32,000 nt of DNA from Desulfobulbus propionicus DSM 2032. GTDB taxonomy: Bacteria; Desulfobacterota; Desulfobulbia; Desulfobulbales; Desulfobulbaceae. A model generated the notes under the pieces. It did no database searches and had not been told where the DNA came from. It worked only from the letters and a program-made list of their open reading frames with translations. The position numbers and the translations under genes were made by a program. Below are positions 8,973 through 16,786 of the stretch, one piece after another. The stretch covers positions 690,001-722,000 of the forward strand of contig NC_014972.1 of NCBI RefSeq assembly GCF_000186885.1, read 5' to 3'. Each line of letters starts with the position of its first letter. The first letter of the stretch is position 1.

Positions 8973-9227
8973 ATGTATACCGCCGATCAACTTTGCGAGA
9001 AGATCATATCGATCTATCCGGATATTGGTATTTGTGGCATCGATGTCAGTGTTGACTACAACACAACAGAAAAAAGCTGGATGGTTCATTTGAAGAAGGG
9101 ATCGCATACATTGGACCACTTCTTGGAGGCAATGGATGCGGAGAGCTGCATGGAGGGCAAGAAGTGCATTGCCCTTGGGCTTGAAATCGCGCAAATGAGG
9201 AAGAACATAGAAGGCGAACAGTTTTAA
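8973..9227 (+). CDS. Hypothetical small protein (84 aa, four Cys), AT-rich orphan
   Basis: AGGAGG at 8960-8965 lies 7 nt before ATG 8973. Clean ORF followed by a strong terminator. Cysteines at C8, C22, C60 and C66 (CMEGKKC). I cannot place it in a family with confidence. Confidence 0.65.
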   Translation: MYTADQLCEKIISIYPDIGICGIDVSVDYNTTEKSWMVHLKKGSHTLDHFLEAMDAESCMEGKKCIALGLEIAQMRKNIEGEQF

Positions 9228-9254
9228 ATCGCCTTTCCCGAGAAGGGAACATGG

Positions 9255-9287
9255 ACGGGATGTCGTTGGGCATCCCGTTTTTTTTTC
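9255..9287 (+). terminator. Rho-independent terminator after the small orphan gene
   Basis: ACGGGATG / CATCCCGT stem with an 8-nt loop, followed by a T-run of about 9. Confidence 0.8.
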
Positions 9288-9334
9288 ACCCTTTGCTCGC
9301 TGTCACACTCGTCAAGAGCCTCCATCCCATCCCT

Positions 9335-10039
9335 TCAACGCTTCCTCGCACAACACCTTGACTGCATGCAGCGTTCGGCTTTGAGCTGTTCGGCAACCTG
9401 GTCAGCCGCGGGCAGGATGATCAGGCCGGTGGCGGGTTCACCGTGGACACTACAGGGTTGACCGCTGGCAACGTGATGGGCGGCAAGGGCGCAGAGTCCG
9501 GCGTCGACGGTGTCGATACCGGCGGGCCGAGGCAGGATGATCCCAGCTTGTGCCAGCAAATCCGGGCGGTGGTGGCGTTTGTCCTTGGCAGAAACGATAC
9601 GGCCGGCCAAGACACAGGCGATGGCTTGGGGAAAGGTTTCAAAACAGCAGCGGGTTGCGGCAGTCAGGGGCGCGGTCGCGCACAGCGGATGGCTGGGTTC
9701 CAAGGCGCGGTACACGGCCATGCCGTTCAACATCCAGCCGTAGTAGTTTCTGGGGTGGGCAAGGGCCCGCTCGCGGGTGGGCGAGGCGAAACATTGCATG
9801 CCTTGGGCCATCAGCTGCCGCTCGGCCGGGCGGGCGCGGCCGTCATCGCTCCAGCAGCAGGGAGCGTCGATGCCGATCACCCGGGCGCCGATCTCTCGGC
9901 ACCAACAGGCCACGGCCTCTGGATCGGTGGTGCGATATCGCTCCAGATACCGGCCATTGCAGAGAGCCACCCCATGGAAGCCTTTGCGGCTGCCACCGAC
10001 ATCAATGCCGGCAACGATGAGGCGTGGGGATGTTGGCAT
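9335..10039 (-). CDS. DUF429-family protein (predicted RNase H-fold nuclease)
   Basis: 234 aa. Acidic-residue blocks typical of the family: VAGIDVGG, VIGIDAPC, ERQL, ETFPQAI, DTVDAGLCALAA. Confidence 0.7.
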   Translation of the reverse strand: MPTSPRLIVAGIDVGGSRKGFHGVALCNGRYLERYRTTDPEAVACWCREIGARVIGIDAPCCWSDDGRARPAERQLMAQGMQCFASPTRERALAHPRNYYGWMLNGMAVYRALEPSHPLCATAPLTAATRCCFETFPQAIACVLAGRIVSAKDKRHHRPDLLAQAGIILPRPAGIDTVDAGLCALAAHHVASGQPCSVHGEPATGLIILPAADQVAEQLKAERCMQSRCCARKR

Positions 10040-10125
10040 GGGTATGTAGTTCGATAAGGTGTATTTTCAGGTCAAGACAATCGGCTGGTCACTTCATGGC
10101 ATGGTCCGCTTCGCCAACGGGATCA

Positions 10126-10142
10126 GCGGGCCATGGCCGCGA
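10126..10142 (+). repeat. Degenerate REP core, 3' of the RAYT gene
   Basis: GCGGGCCATGGCCGCGA versus consensus core GCGGGCCATGCCCGCGA. The GTAGGA head is missing. Confidence 0.5.
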
Positions 10143-10153
10143 TAACAATCGCA

Positions 10154-10639
10154 TCAAACCCAAATCGCATTCCAAAACGGGTAATCGCCCATCCTCTGGA
10201 CCAAACCGGCCCGTAGCGGGTTAGCCAGCACATACCGGGCCACCTGCCGCACATCTTCTTCCGCGCGCAGGGCATGATCGTGAAAAGCCTTTTGCCAACA
10301 CGGCCCCTGCTTGCCGAGCAGGCGGTTGACTTGACGCCCGCTGGCCGATTTGAGCCGGTTGACCACTGTGCTCAGGTTGTCTTTTTCGCCCACCTGGAGC
10401 AGGAGGTGGACATGATCGGGCATCAATACCCAGGCAAGCATGCGGGCATCGTTGAGCAGGGCGCTGTTCTCAAAGCACCGGGCGGCAACGCAGGCGGCCC
10501 GGAAATCGAGGAACACCGGCTGCCGTTGCCAGGTGGCCGTGGTCACCAGATACACCTGGTGCGGCAGGGAAACCCGGCCTTTGCGCAGGGATTGGTGGCC
10601 CGGTTTGTTGTGGCGATGGGTCCCGTCGTTATTCTTCAT
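10154..10639 (-). CDS. REP-associated tyrosine transposase (RAYT, IS200/IS605 Y1 HUH family)
   Basis: 161 aa. HUH motif PDHVHLLLQV and C-terminal Tyr motif ARYVLANPLRAGLV. REP-like hairpins flank it on both sides (10126-10142 and 10694-10716). Confidence 0.85.
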   Translation of the reverse strand: MKNNDGTHRHNKPGHQSLRKGRVSLPHQVYLVTTATWQRQPVFLDFRAACVAARCFENSALLNDARMLAWVLMPDHVHLLLQVGEKDNLSTVVNRLKSASGRQVNRLLGKQGPCWQKAFHDHALRAEEDVRQVARYVLANPLRAGLVQRMGDYPFWNAIWV

Positions 10640-10693
10640 CCCATAGAGACGGTGGATATTGTGGAATTATTGTCACGATCACAACCGGGAGCA

Positions 10694-10716
10694 GCAGGAG
10701 CAGGCCCTGCCCGCGA
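10694..10716 (+). repeat. REP copy (2 mismatches), 5' of the RAYT gene
   Basis: GCAGGAGCAGGCCCTGCCCGCGA versus GTAGGAGCGGGCCCTGCCCGCGA. Confidence 0.7.
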
Positions 10717-10875
10717 ATGAAATCGGAATGTTTCTGCCGACCGGATACGCGCAACCGAGTGGCATCTTATTGCTGTGATGATTGATTTTCAATCACCGCG
10801 TGTTGGTTGTAAACGATGGTGCTTGCAAGGCGCTTGATTGTATCGCTACGACATTCGGGCCGATGGGGCTTGACA

Positions 10876-10898
10876 TCGCGGGCATGGCCCGCTCCTAC
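10876..10898 (-). repeat. REP copy (full)
   Basis: TCGCGGGCATGGCCCGCTCCTAC is the exact reverse complement of the copy at 11161-11183. Confidence 0.85.
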
Positions 10899-10941
10899 AA
10901 CCCAAAGCCCCAACGCGCGATATGAATCCACAACCCCAAAA

Positions 10942-10958
10942 GCAGGCCATGGCCGCGA
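10942..10958 (+). repeat. Degenerate REP core abutting the hsdS relic
   Basis: GCAGGCCATGGCCGCGA. It occupies the same position relative to the relic stop codon as REP 11161-11183 does relative to the intact hsdS stop. Confidence 0.5.
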
Positions 10959-11068
10959 TCAGGGATTGGCGGTCAGTTGCCGGACTAGGGCGGCCAGGAG
11001 GTTGTGGCCACGGTGCGGGAAGCGACGAGTTGGGTTTCCAGGTCGTCGACCAGGGGCATGAGTTCGTC
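10959..11068 (-). pseudogene. Relic of an hsdS 3' end (C-terminal conserved coiled-coil region), frameshifted
   Basis: About 110 nt align by eye at roughly 85-90 percent identity with 11189-11300, the 3' end of intact hsdS. The relic encodes ..DELMPLVDDLETQLVASRTVA.. and then loses frame through a 1-nt deletion (GGCC-ACAAC versus GGCCCACAAC). Homology stops abruptly at 11068. Confidence 0.75.
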
Positions 11069-11114
11069 TTTCTCGATTATTTTAGACGATATCTGTCTTG
11101 TTTTGCCTATTTTT

Positions 11115-11137
11115 TCGCGGGCATGGCCCGCTCCTAC
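11115..11137 (-). repeat. REP copy (full), left member of an inverted pair
   Basis: TCGCGGGCATGGCCCGCTCCTAC. There is a 23-nt spacer to the inverted partner. Confidence 0.9.
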
Positions 11138-11160
11138 GGGACGCGGCGGCATGCGTGAGT

Positions 11161-11183
11161 GTAGGAGCGGGCCATGCCCGCGA
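11161..11183 (+). repeat. REP copy (full), right member of an inverted pair, 5 nt from the hsdS stop
   Basis: GTAGGAGCGGGCCATGCCCGCGA. Confidence 0.9.
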
Positions 11184-11188
11184 TCAGA

Positions 11189-12754
11189 TCAGGGGTTGGT
11201 GGTGAGTTCCCTGACCAGGGCGGCCAGAAGGTTGTGGGCCACGGTACGGGAGGCGGCGAGTTGGGTTTCCAGGTCGTCGACCAGGGCCATGAGTTCGTCC
11301 ACCTTGGCGACGATACGGCGTTGTTCGGCGAGGGGTGGGAGGGGAATTTCGACAGTTTTCAGTCGTCCAGCACTAAGGCCGATATTACCAGCCGTTGTGG
11401 CACACATCGCTTCAATCGCTTCACGCGTTGGTGCGGCATTCATAGCGTAACAAACGTAACGTGGAGAATGCAAATCGGTATTAATCCGGAACCTGATCAA
11501 CTTGTCTGGGTTGACTTGAATGCGCCTTGATTCACCACGATACAAAGAAAATCGTCCGACAAAGTGGAGATTACCGTTAAATCGGCAAGCAAGCAAATCA
11601 CCAGGTGCAAGTTGGAATTTCTTGACTTCGTTTGCCGGCAAATCGACATGTTTGAAGTCTTCCTCGTTAACGTAGAAATCTTCACGCGAGGTTCCAGCGC
11701 TAATTCGAAGAACCTCAACTGCAGAGGGATCCGCAGTAGGACCTTTGGAAACACCGTTCACTGATGCTTCAGCGAGAATCGATTCGAGTGATCCGAGTAA
11801 GGGTTCTGACTCCTGCGGCACAAGTTTGCCCTGCACGGCGAGGGTGAGGATGGTTTTGCGGAGGTCGGCCGGGGAGACGGTGTAGGACGGGTGGAACAAG
11901 AACTGGAGGTTGTCCGGGGTGGGGGCCTGGGTGAAACGCGCCAGGCTGGCCTTGACCAGGACGGCGTGCTGGGCTTGCCGCTCTTGTTGCTGCGCCTCCA
12001 GTTGATCGCACAAGGCCATCAACTCATCCACCTTGGCCACGATCCGCTTTTGCTCGGCAAGAGGTGGGAGGGGGAATGGAAATCCCACGATTTTTACTTT
12101 GGAAATGTTTGGTTGCGCCCCGCCTTCGCTCGCGGAATGAAAACGTGAACGCTGTGACAACAGAAAAATGAACAGGTAGCGGTTTAGGACCCCATCAAAT
12201 ACGGTGCATCCACATACTGCCTGATTTGTTACAGCCGATTCGGCAAGGATAGCGACTTTTCCAATCGTTGCACCATACATAGCAAGCAAAATGTCCCCAG
12301 GCTCATTACGCCGGAACGAGCAAGTATTTAGGGCTAACTCGGATACCGTTTCCTCAGAACCTGCGAGAGATTGGTTGTCGTTGAGTTCTCCTGATTTTAG
12401 CCACGTTATTCCGCCGTCATATAATTCGGGATTACCACGAGAGGGTGTTGAACCAGACCCCCAATCGCCAATTTCTCCTAATCGGGTCCACGCCCAATGC
12501 TCAGGAATTAAAAAAGGAAGTTCTTCTTCATTAACCGGAAGAATAGCCTGTCTTTTTATGCGGCGATCAGCGACTAACCGTTCCTTTGTTTTCTTGATAC
12601 GTTCGAGCAGCAAGTGAGCGCTTTCATCGACAGGGACTTGATTAACCAATTTCCCCCGAACCGCCAACTCCAGCACCACCTCCCGCATCCGCGCCACCGC
12701 ATCCGGCGCATCGGCGAACAGCTCGAACTTCTCAAAAAAGGTTTCCAGCTTCAT
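11189..12754 (-). CDS. hsdS: Type I restriction-modification specificity subunit HsdS
   Basis: 521 aa. Two variable target-recognition regions are separated by duplicated conserved segments: LPPLAEQKRIVAKVDELMALCDQLEAQ (centre) and LPPLAEQRRIVAKVDELMALVDDLETQ (C-terminus). The start overlaps the hsdM stop by 4 nt. Confidence 0.9.
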   Translation of the reverse strand: MKLETFFEKFELFADAPDAVARMREVVLELAVRGKLVNQVPVDESAHLLLERIKKTKERLVADRRIKRQAILPVNEEELPFLIPEHWAWTRLGEIGDWGSGSTPSRGNPELYDGGITWLKSGELNDNQSLAGSEETVSELALNTCSFRRNEPGDILLAMYGATIGKVAILAESAVTNQAVCGCTVFDGVLNRYLFIFLLSQRSRFHSASEGGAQPNISKVKIVGFPFPLPPLAEQKRIVAKVDELMALCDQLEAQQQERQAQHAVLVKASLARFTQAPTPDNLQFLFHPSYTVSPADLRKTILTLAVQGKLVPQESEPLLGSLESILAEASVNGVSKGPTADPSAVEVLRISAGTSREDFYVNEEDFKHVDLPANEVKKFQLAPGDLLACRFNGNLHFVGRFSLYRGESRRIQVNPDKLIRFRINTDLHSPRYVCYAMNAAPTREAIEAMCATTAGNIGLSAGRLKTVEIPLPPLAEQRRIVAKVDELMALVDDLETQLAASRTVAHNLLAALVRELTTNP

Positions 12755-14205
12755 TCCCCTGCCCCACGGGTCGCGGTTAGGGCCTGGTGCAGTTCGGCCT
12801 TTAGCTTCGCTCGGGTCGCGGCGATCTGACTCAGCAGCTTTTCGTACTCGGGCAGCAACTGCTCGACATCGCCGGGGCCGGTGTCGCTGTTGTGCGGGTT
12901 CTTGCTATCGAGGTTGAAACCGCCGGCCCGGATGGTCTCGATGTCCACCCGCCAGGCAAACGCGTTCTCCTCGCGCTTATGCCACCAGGCGCGCTCCGGG
13001 GCGAACTCCTCGATGCGGATCGGCTTGGTTTTGTTGTAGCTTTTGGCGCCGGGCGGATAGGGGTGTTCGTAGTACCAGATTTCGGTGGTGGGCTGGCCCT
13101 TGGTGAAAAAGAGCAGATTGGTGCGGATACCGGTATAGGGGTTGAAGACGCCGTTCGGCAGCCGGACGATGGTGTGGAGGTTGCACTCGGTGAGCAGGGT
13201 TTCCTTGATCCGGGTTTTGACGCCCTCGCCGAAGAGCGTGCCGTCGGGGAGGACCAGGCCGGCGCGGCCGCCGGGTTTGAGCAGCTTCATCAAGAGGACG
13301 AGAAAGAGGTCGGCGGTCTCGCGGGTGCGGAACTCGGCCGGGAAGTTGGCCTCGATGCCGTCCTCCTCCATGCCGCCGAAGGGCGGATTGGTGACAATCA
13401 CATCCACGCGTTCCTGGCGCGTCCAGTCGCGCAGGGGCCGGGCCAGGGTGTTGTCGTGGCGGACACCCGCAGGCACGTCGATGCCGTGGAGCATGAGGTT
13501 GGTCATGCAGAGGATGTGCGGCAGATGCTTCTTTTCGATGCCGGTAAAGCACTCCTGGATGGTGCGTTCGTCCTCCGCGGTTCTGGCCTGACGGCGCAGG
13601 TGCTCGATGGTGCAGACGAGGAAGCCGCCGGTGCCGCAGGCCGGGTCGAGCACGGTTTCGCCCAGGCGGGGATCGACCTGCTCGACAATGAATTGGGTCA
13701 CGGCGCGCGGGGTGTAGAATTCGCCGGCATTGCCCGCGCTCTGGAGATCCTTGAGCAGCTTTTCGTAGATGTCGCCGAAGAGGTGGCGGTCATCCGAGGC
13801 GTTGAAGTCGATACCGTTGATCTTGTTGATCACCTGGCGCATGAGGGTGCCTTTTTTCATGTAGTTGTTGGCATCCTCAAAGGCGGTGCGGACGAGCGCC
13901 GCCACCCGGTCGGCGCCGACGGCGAGGTTCTTGAGCCGGGGGAGCAGGGTGTTGTTGACGAAATCCAGCAGCCCCTCGCCGGTGAGGCCTTCCTCGTCGG
14001 CGGCCCAGTTGCACCAGCGCAGTTCCGGAGCCAGCGGGGAAGAGTAGTCGTCGCGTAACAGTTCGAGTTCCTTTTCGCGATCGTCAAAGATCTTGAGAAA
14101 GAACATCCAGCCGAGTTGTTCGAGCCGCTGGGCGTCGCCGTAGGTGCCGGCGTCCTTGCGCATGATGTTCTGGATGGATTTGACCAGGGTGGAGACGTTG
14201 GACAT
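12751..14205 (-). CDS. hsdM: Type I restriction-modification N6-adenine DNA methyltransferase HsdM
   Basis: 484 aa. HsdM N-terminal domain, SAM motif I DPACGTGGFL and catalytic motif IV NPPFG. Confidence 0.95.
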   Translation of the reverse strand: MSNVSTLVKSIQNIMRKDAGTYGDAQRLEQLGWMFFLKIFDDREKELELLRDDYSSPLAPELRWCNWAADEEGLTGEGLLDFVNNTLLPRLKNLAVGADRVAALVRTAFEDANNYMKKGTLMRQVINKINGIDFNASDDRHLFGDIYEKLLKDLQSAGNAGEFYTPRAVTQFIVEQVDPRLGETVLDPACGTGGFLVCTIEHLRRQARTAEDERTIQECFTGIEKKHLPHILCMTNLMLHGIDVPAGVRHDNTLARPLRDWTRQERVDVIVTNPPFGGMEEDGIEANFPAEFRTRETADLFLVLLMKLLKPGGRAGLVLPDGTLFGEGVKTRIKETLLTECNLHTIVRLPNGVFNPYTGIRTNLLFFTKGQPTTEIWYYEHPYPPGAKSYNKTKPIRIEEFAPERAWWHKREENAFAWRVDIETIRAGGFNLDSKNPHNSDTGPGDVEQLLPEYEKLLSQIAATRAKLKAELHQALTATRGAGE

Positions 14206-14290
14206 GATTGAACCTAAGAACGGTGGTTGAGGAGAGTGTATCGGGATGTATTGGGGGGTTAAATCGATAGAGCTTCACGTGGCATCTTGT

Positions 14291-14313
14291 TCGCGGGCGT
14301 GGCCCGCTCCTAC
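14291..14313 (-). repeat. REP copy in the hsdR-hsdM intergenic region
   Basis: TCGCGGGCGTGGCCCGCTCCTAC. Confidence 0.85.
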
Positions 14314-14332
14314 CCGCTGGGGCAGATTCTTA

Positions 14333-14355
14333 TCGCGGGCAGGGCCCGCTCCTAC
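14333..14355 (-). repeat. REP copy in the hsdR-hsdM intergenic region
   Basis: TCGCGGGCAGGGCCCGCTCCTAC, the exact inverted copy of 14380-14402. Confidence 0.9.
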
Positions 14356-14379
14356 GGGGTGCACCGGCGGCCGGTGGTT

Positions 14380-14402
14380 GTAGGAGCGGGCCCTGCCCGC
14401 GA
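14380..14402 (+). repeat. REP copy in the hsdR-hsdM intergenic region
   Basis: GTAGGAGCGGGCCCTGCCCGCGA. The spacer to its partner is itself palindromic (CACCGGC/GCCGGTG). Confidence 0.9.
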
Positions 14403-14425
14403 AATGACGACGACCGTTTTTCTGT

Positions 14426-16786
14426 TCAGGCTTCTTCCAGGTAAAGTTCGGCCTCCAGGTGGTGGAGGGCTTTGATGTAATCGGGTTTCCCGCCAAAGAG
14501 CTTGATGATCTCCATCGGCGTGCCAAAGCTGGAAAGCGGGTCGACCTTGAGGATGTCGAACGACTCGAAACTCCTGAGCCCGGCATCGGCGTACTTGTCG
14601 AGCAGGGCTTCGAGCACGGCGCGGGCCTGTTCGCCGTAGCGGCCGAAGACATCGCGGCCGCGCACCTGGGCCACGCGCTGGCGGCGGGTACGCGGCGGAC
14701 GGTCAAAGGCCACATGGCAGATCAGGTCGAAGGCATCGTAGCCGGGGCCGATCTGTTCGGCCAGTTCGTCAAGGAAGACGCCGCGAGCGGCCAGTTCCTC
14801 GACCACCGCCTGCTTGCGTTCGGCCGCGTTCCAGGCGGTGAGGAATGCGTCGAGGGTGGCGTAGGTTTGGCTCACGGTCCTGCGCGAGTAGTCGCGCAGG
14901 GATTCGGTGATCAGGCGGCCGTCGCCATCGAGATACTGGACCCGTTCGGTGGCGACGCGGACCTCAACATCGTCGACCACGTAGATGGTGGGTTTGCCTG
15001 CGGGCGGGTCGTCCCAGGCACCAGGCGGCTCGCCGGTCGTGGGATGGGGCGGCAGGTTTTCACCTCCGGTGGGCATCTCTTCCGGCGGCAGGGGTGGATC
15101 GTCGGGGCCGGGTTCGTAGATCTGCACCGGTTCGCCGTCGAAAGCGGGATCGGCAAACAGGGCGGTGGCCCGCTTGAAGTCCATGATGGTGAAGTAGAGC
15201 TTGCCGTAGTCCTCGTTGATGCGGGTGCCGCGGCCGATGATCTGCTTGAACTCGGTCATGGAGTTGATCCGTTTGTCGAGCACGATCAAGTGGCAGGTCT
15301 GGGCATCCACCCCGGTGGACATCAGCTGCGAGGTGGTGGCGATGACCGGATAGGTGGATTCCGGGTCGATGAAGTTGTCGAGTTGCGCCTTGCCCTCGTC
15401 GTTGTCGCCGGTGATGCGCATCACGTATTTGGCGTTGGCGGCGGCAAGATCGGGGTTGGCGTTGACCAGGGCCTGGCGCATGCGCTCGGCGTGGCCGATG
15501 TTCTCGCAGAAGACGATGGTTTTGTGGAACCGGTCGGTGGCCTTGAGGAATTCGCTGATCTTGGCCGCCACCAGGGCGGTGCGCCGCTCCAGGATGAGGG
15601 TGCGATCAAAGTCGAGTTCGTTGTACTCGCGATCCTCGATCACCTGGCCGTGCTTGTCGGTCTTGCCGATCTCCGGCCGCCAGCCGTCGAGGTCTTTGTC
15701 GATGCCGATACGGATCACCTTGTAGGGGGCGAGGAAGCCGTCGGCAATGCCCTGGCGCAGCGAGTAGGTGGAGATCGGCTGGCCGAAATAGTCGATGTTG
15801 CTGACCTCGCGGGTTTCCTTGGGGGTGGCGGTGAGGCCGATCTGGGTGGCGGCATGGAAATATTCGAGGATCTTGCGCCAGGCCGCGTCCTCGGCGGCGC
15901 TGCCCCGGTGGCACTCGTCGACCACGACCAGGTCGAAGAACGCGGGCGAGAACTGCTTGTAGATGTTCTGTTCTTCCTCGGTGCCGCTGACCGCCTGGTA
16001 GAGGGCGAGGTAGATTTCAAAGGCCTTGTCGGCGGTGCGGTTGGTGATCTTGGTCATCGCCGCGCCGAACGGTTTGAAATCGTTGTTCTTGGTCTGGTCG
16101 GCGAGGATGTTGCGATCGACCAGGAAGAGGATGCGCTTTTTTGCGCCCGACTTCCACAGCCGCCAGATGATCTGGAAGGCGGTATAGGTCTTGCCGGTGC
16201 CGGTGGCCATGACCAGGAGGATGCGGTTCTCGCCCCGGGCAATGGCGTCGATGGTGCGGTTGATGGCGATCAGCTGGTAGTAGCGCGGCGTCTTGCCGGA
16301 ACCGTCGTCGTAATAGTCCTGGGTGGTGACGGCATTTTGGGCCGCATCGTAGCCCTTGGCGGCGCGGAAGCGGCTCCAGAGTTCGGCGGGGCTGGGGAAC
16401 CGGTCCAGGGGGATTTCCCGCTCGATCTGCAAGGCGCCTCCGGTGCGGTCGTGTTCGAGGAAGGCGTCGCCGTTGGAACTGTAGGCAAAGGGCACATCGA
16501 GGATCTCGGCGTAGTCCAGGGCCTGCTGCATGCCGTCGCCCAGGCTGTGATTGTTGTCCTTGGCCTCGATCACCGCGATGGGGATACCGGGTTTGTAGAA
16601 GAGCAGGTAATCGACCTTCCTGCCATCCCCGCGCTTGACCACCTTGCCGCGCACCGTCACCCGTCCCTTGGTGATGAAATACTCCTCGCGGATCTGGGTC
16701 ATCAGGTGCCACTTGCCGCCTTGGACGAGGGCCGGAGTGATGAATTTGCTGCGGATGTCCGCTTCGCTCAGCGATTTCTTGTTCAT
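14426..16786 (-). CDS. hsdR: Type I restriction enzyme R subunit HsdR (EcoAI/EcoEI-like, family IB)
   Basis: 786 aa. N-terminal PD-(D/E)xK nuclease region (DYLLF...IEAK), helicase motifs MATGTGKT and VVDECHRGS, a proline-rich linker, and a C-terminal region resembling the EcoEI R-protein C-terminal domain. The gene order R-M-S also fits family IB. Confidence 0.9.
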   Translation of the reverse strand: MNKKSLSEADIRSKFITPALVQGGKWHLMTQIREEYFITKGRVTVRGKVVKRGDGRKVDYLLFYKPGIPIAVIEAKDNNHSLGDGMQQALDYAEILDVPFAYSSNGDAFLEHDRTGGALQIEREIPLDRFPSPAELWSRFRAAKGYDAAQNAVTTQDYYDDGSGKTPRYYQLIAINRTIDAIARGENRILLVMATGTGKTYTAFQIIWRLWKSGAKKRILFLVDRNILADQTKNNDFKPFGAAMTKITNRTADKAFEIYLALYQAVSGTEEEQNIYKQFSPAFFDLVVVDECHRGSAAEDAAWRKILEYFHAATQIGLTATPKETREVSNIDYFGQPISTYSLRQGIADGFLAPYKVIRIGIDKDLDGWRPEIGKTDKHGQVIEDREYNELDFDRTLILERRTALVAAKISEFLKATDRFHKTIVFCENIGHAERMRQALVNANPDLAAANAKYVMRITGDNDEGKAQLDNFIDPESTYPVIATTSQLMSTGVDAQTCHLIVLDKRINSMTEFKQIIGRGTRINEDYGKLYFTIMDFKRATALFADPAFDGEPVQIYEPGPDDPPLPPEEMPTGGENLPPHPTTGEPPGAWDDPPAGKPTIYVVDDVEVRVATERVQYLDGDGRLITESLRDYSRRTVSQTYATLDAFLTAWNAAERKQAVVEELAARGVFLDELAEQIGPGYDAFDLICHVAFDRPPRTRRQRVAQVRGRDVFGRYGEQARAVLEALLDKYADAGLRSFESFDILKVDPLSSFGTPMEIIKLFGGKPDYIKALHHLEAELYLEEA

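Noticed and set aside
10816-11530. Several 78-148-aa plus-strand ORFs in the RAYT-hsdS interval (10816-11061, 10922-11158, 11004-11450, 11174-11530)
   Set aside because: They run through REP hairpins and through the antisense of the hsdS relic and of intact hsdS. They have no RBS or motifs and are better explained by repeats and the pseudogene.
14291-14402. Closely spaced repeats that superficially resemble a mini CRISPR array
   Set aside because: There are only three copies and one is inverted. The spacers are 19 and 24 nt. The same element occurs as inverted pairs elsewhere next to a RAYT gene. These are REPs, not CRISPR repeats, and no cas genes are present.
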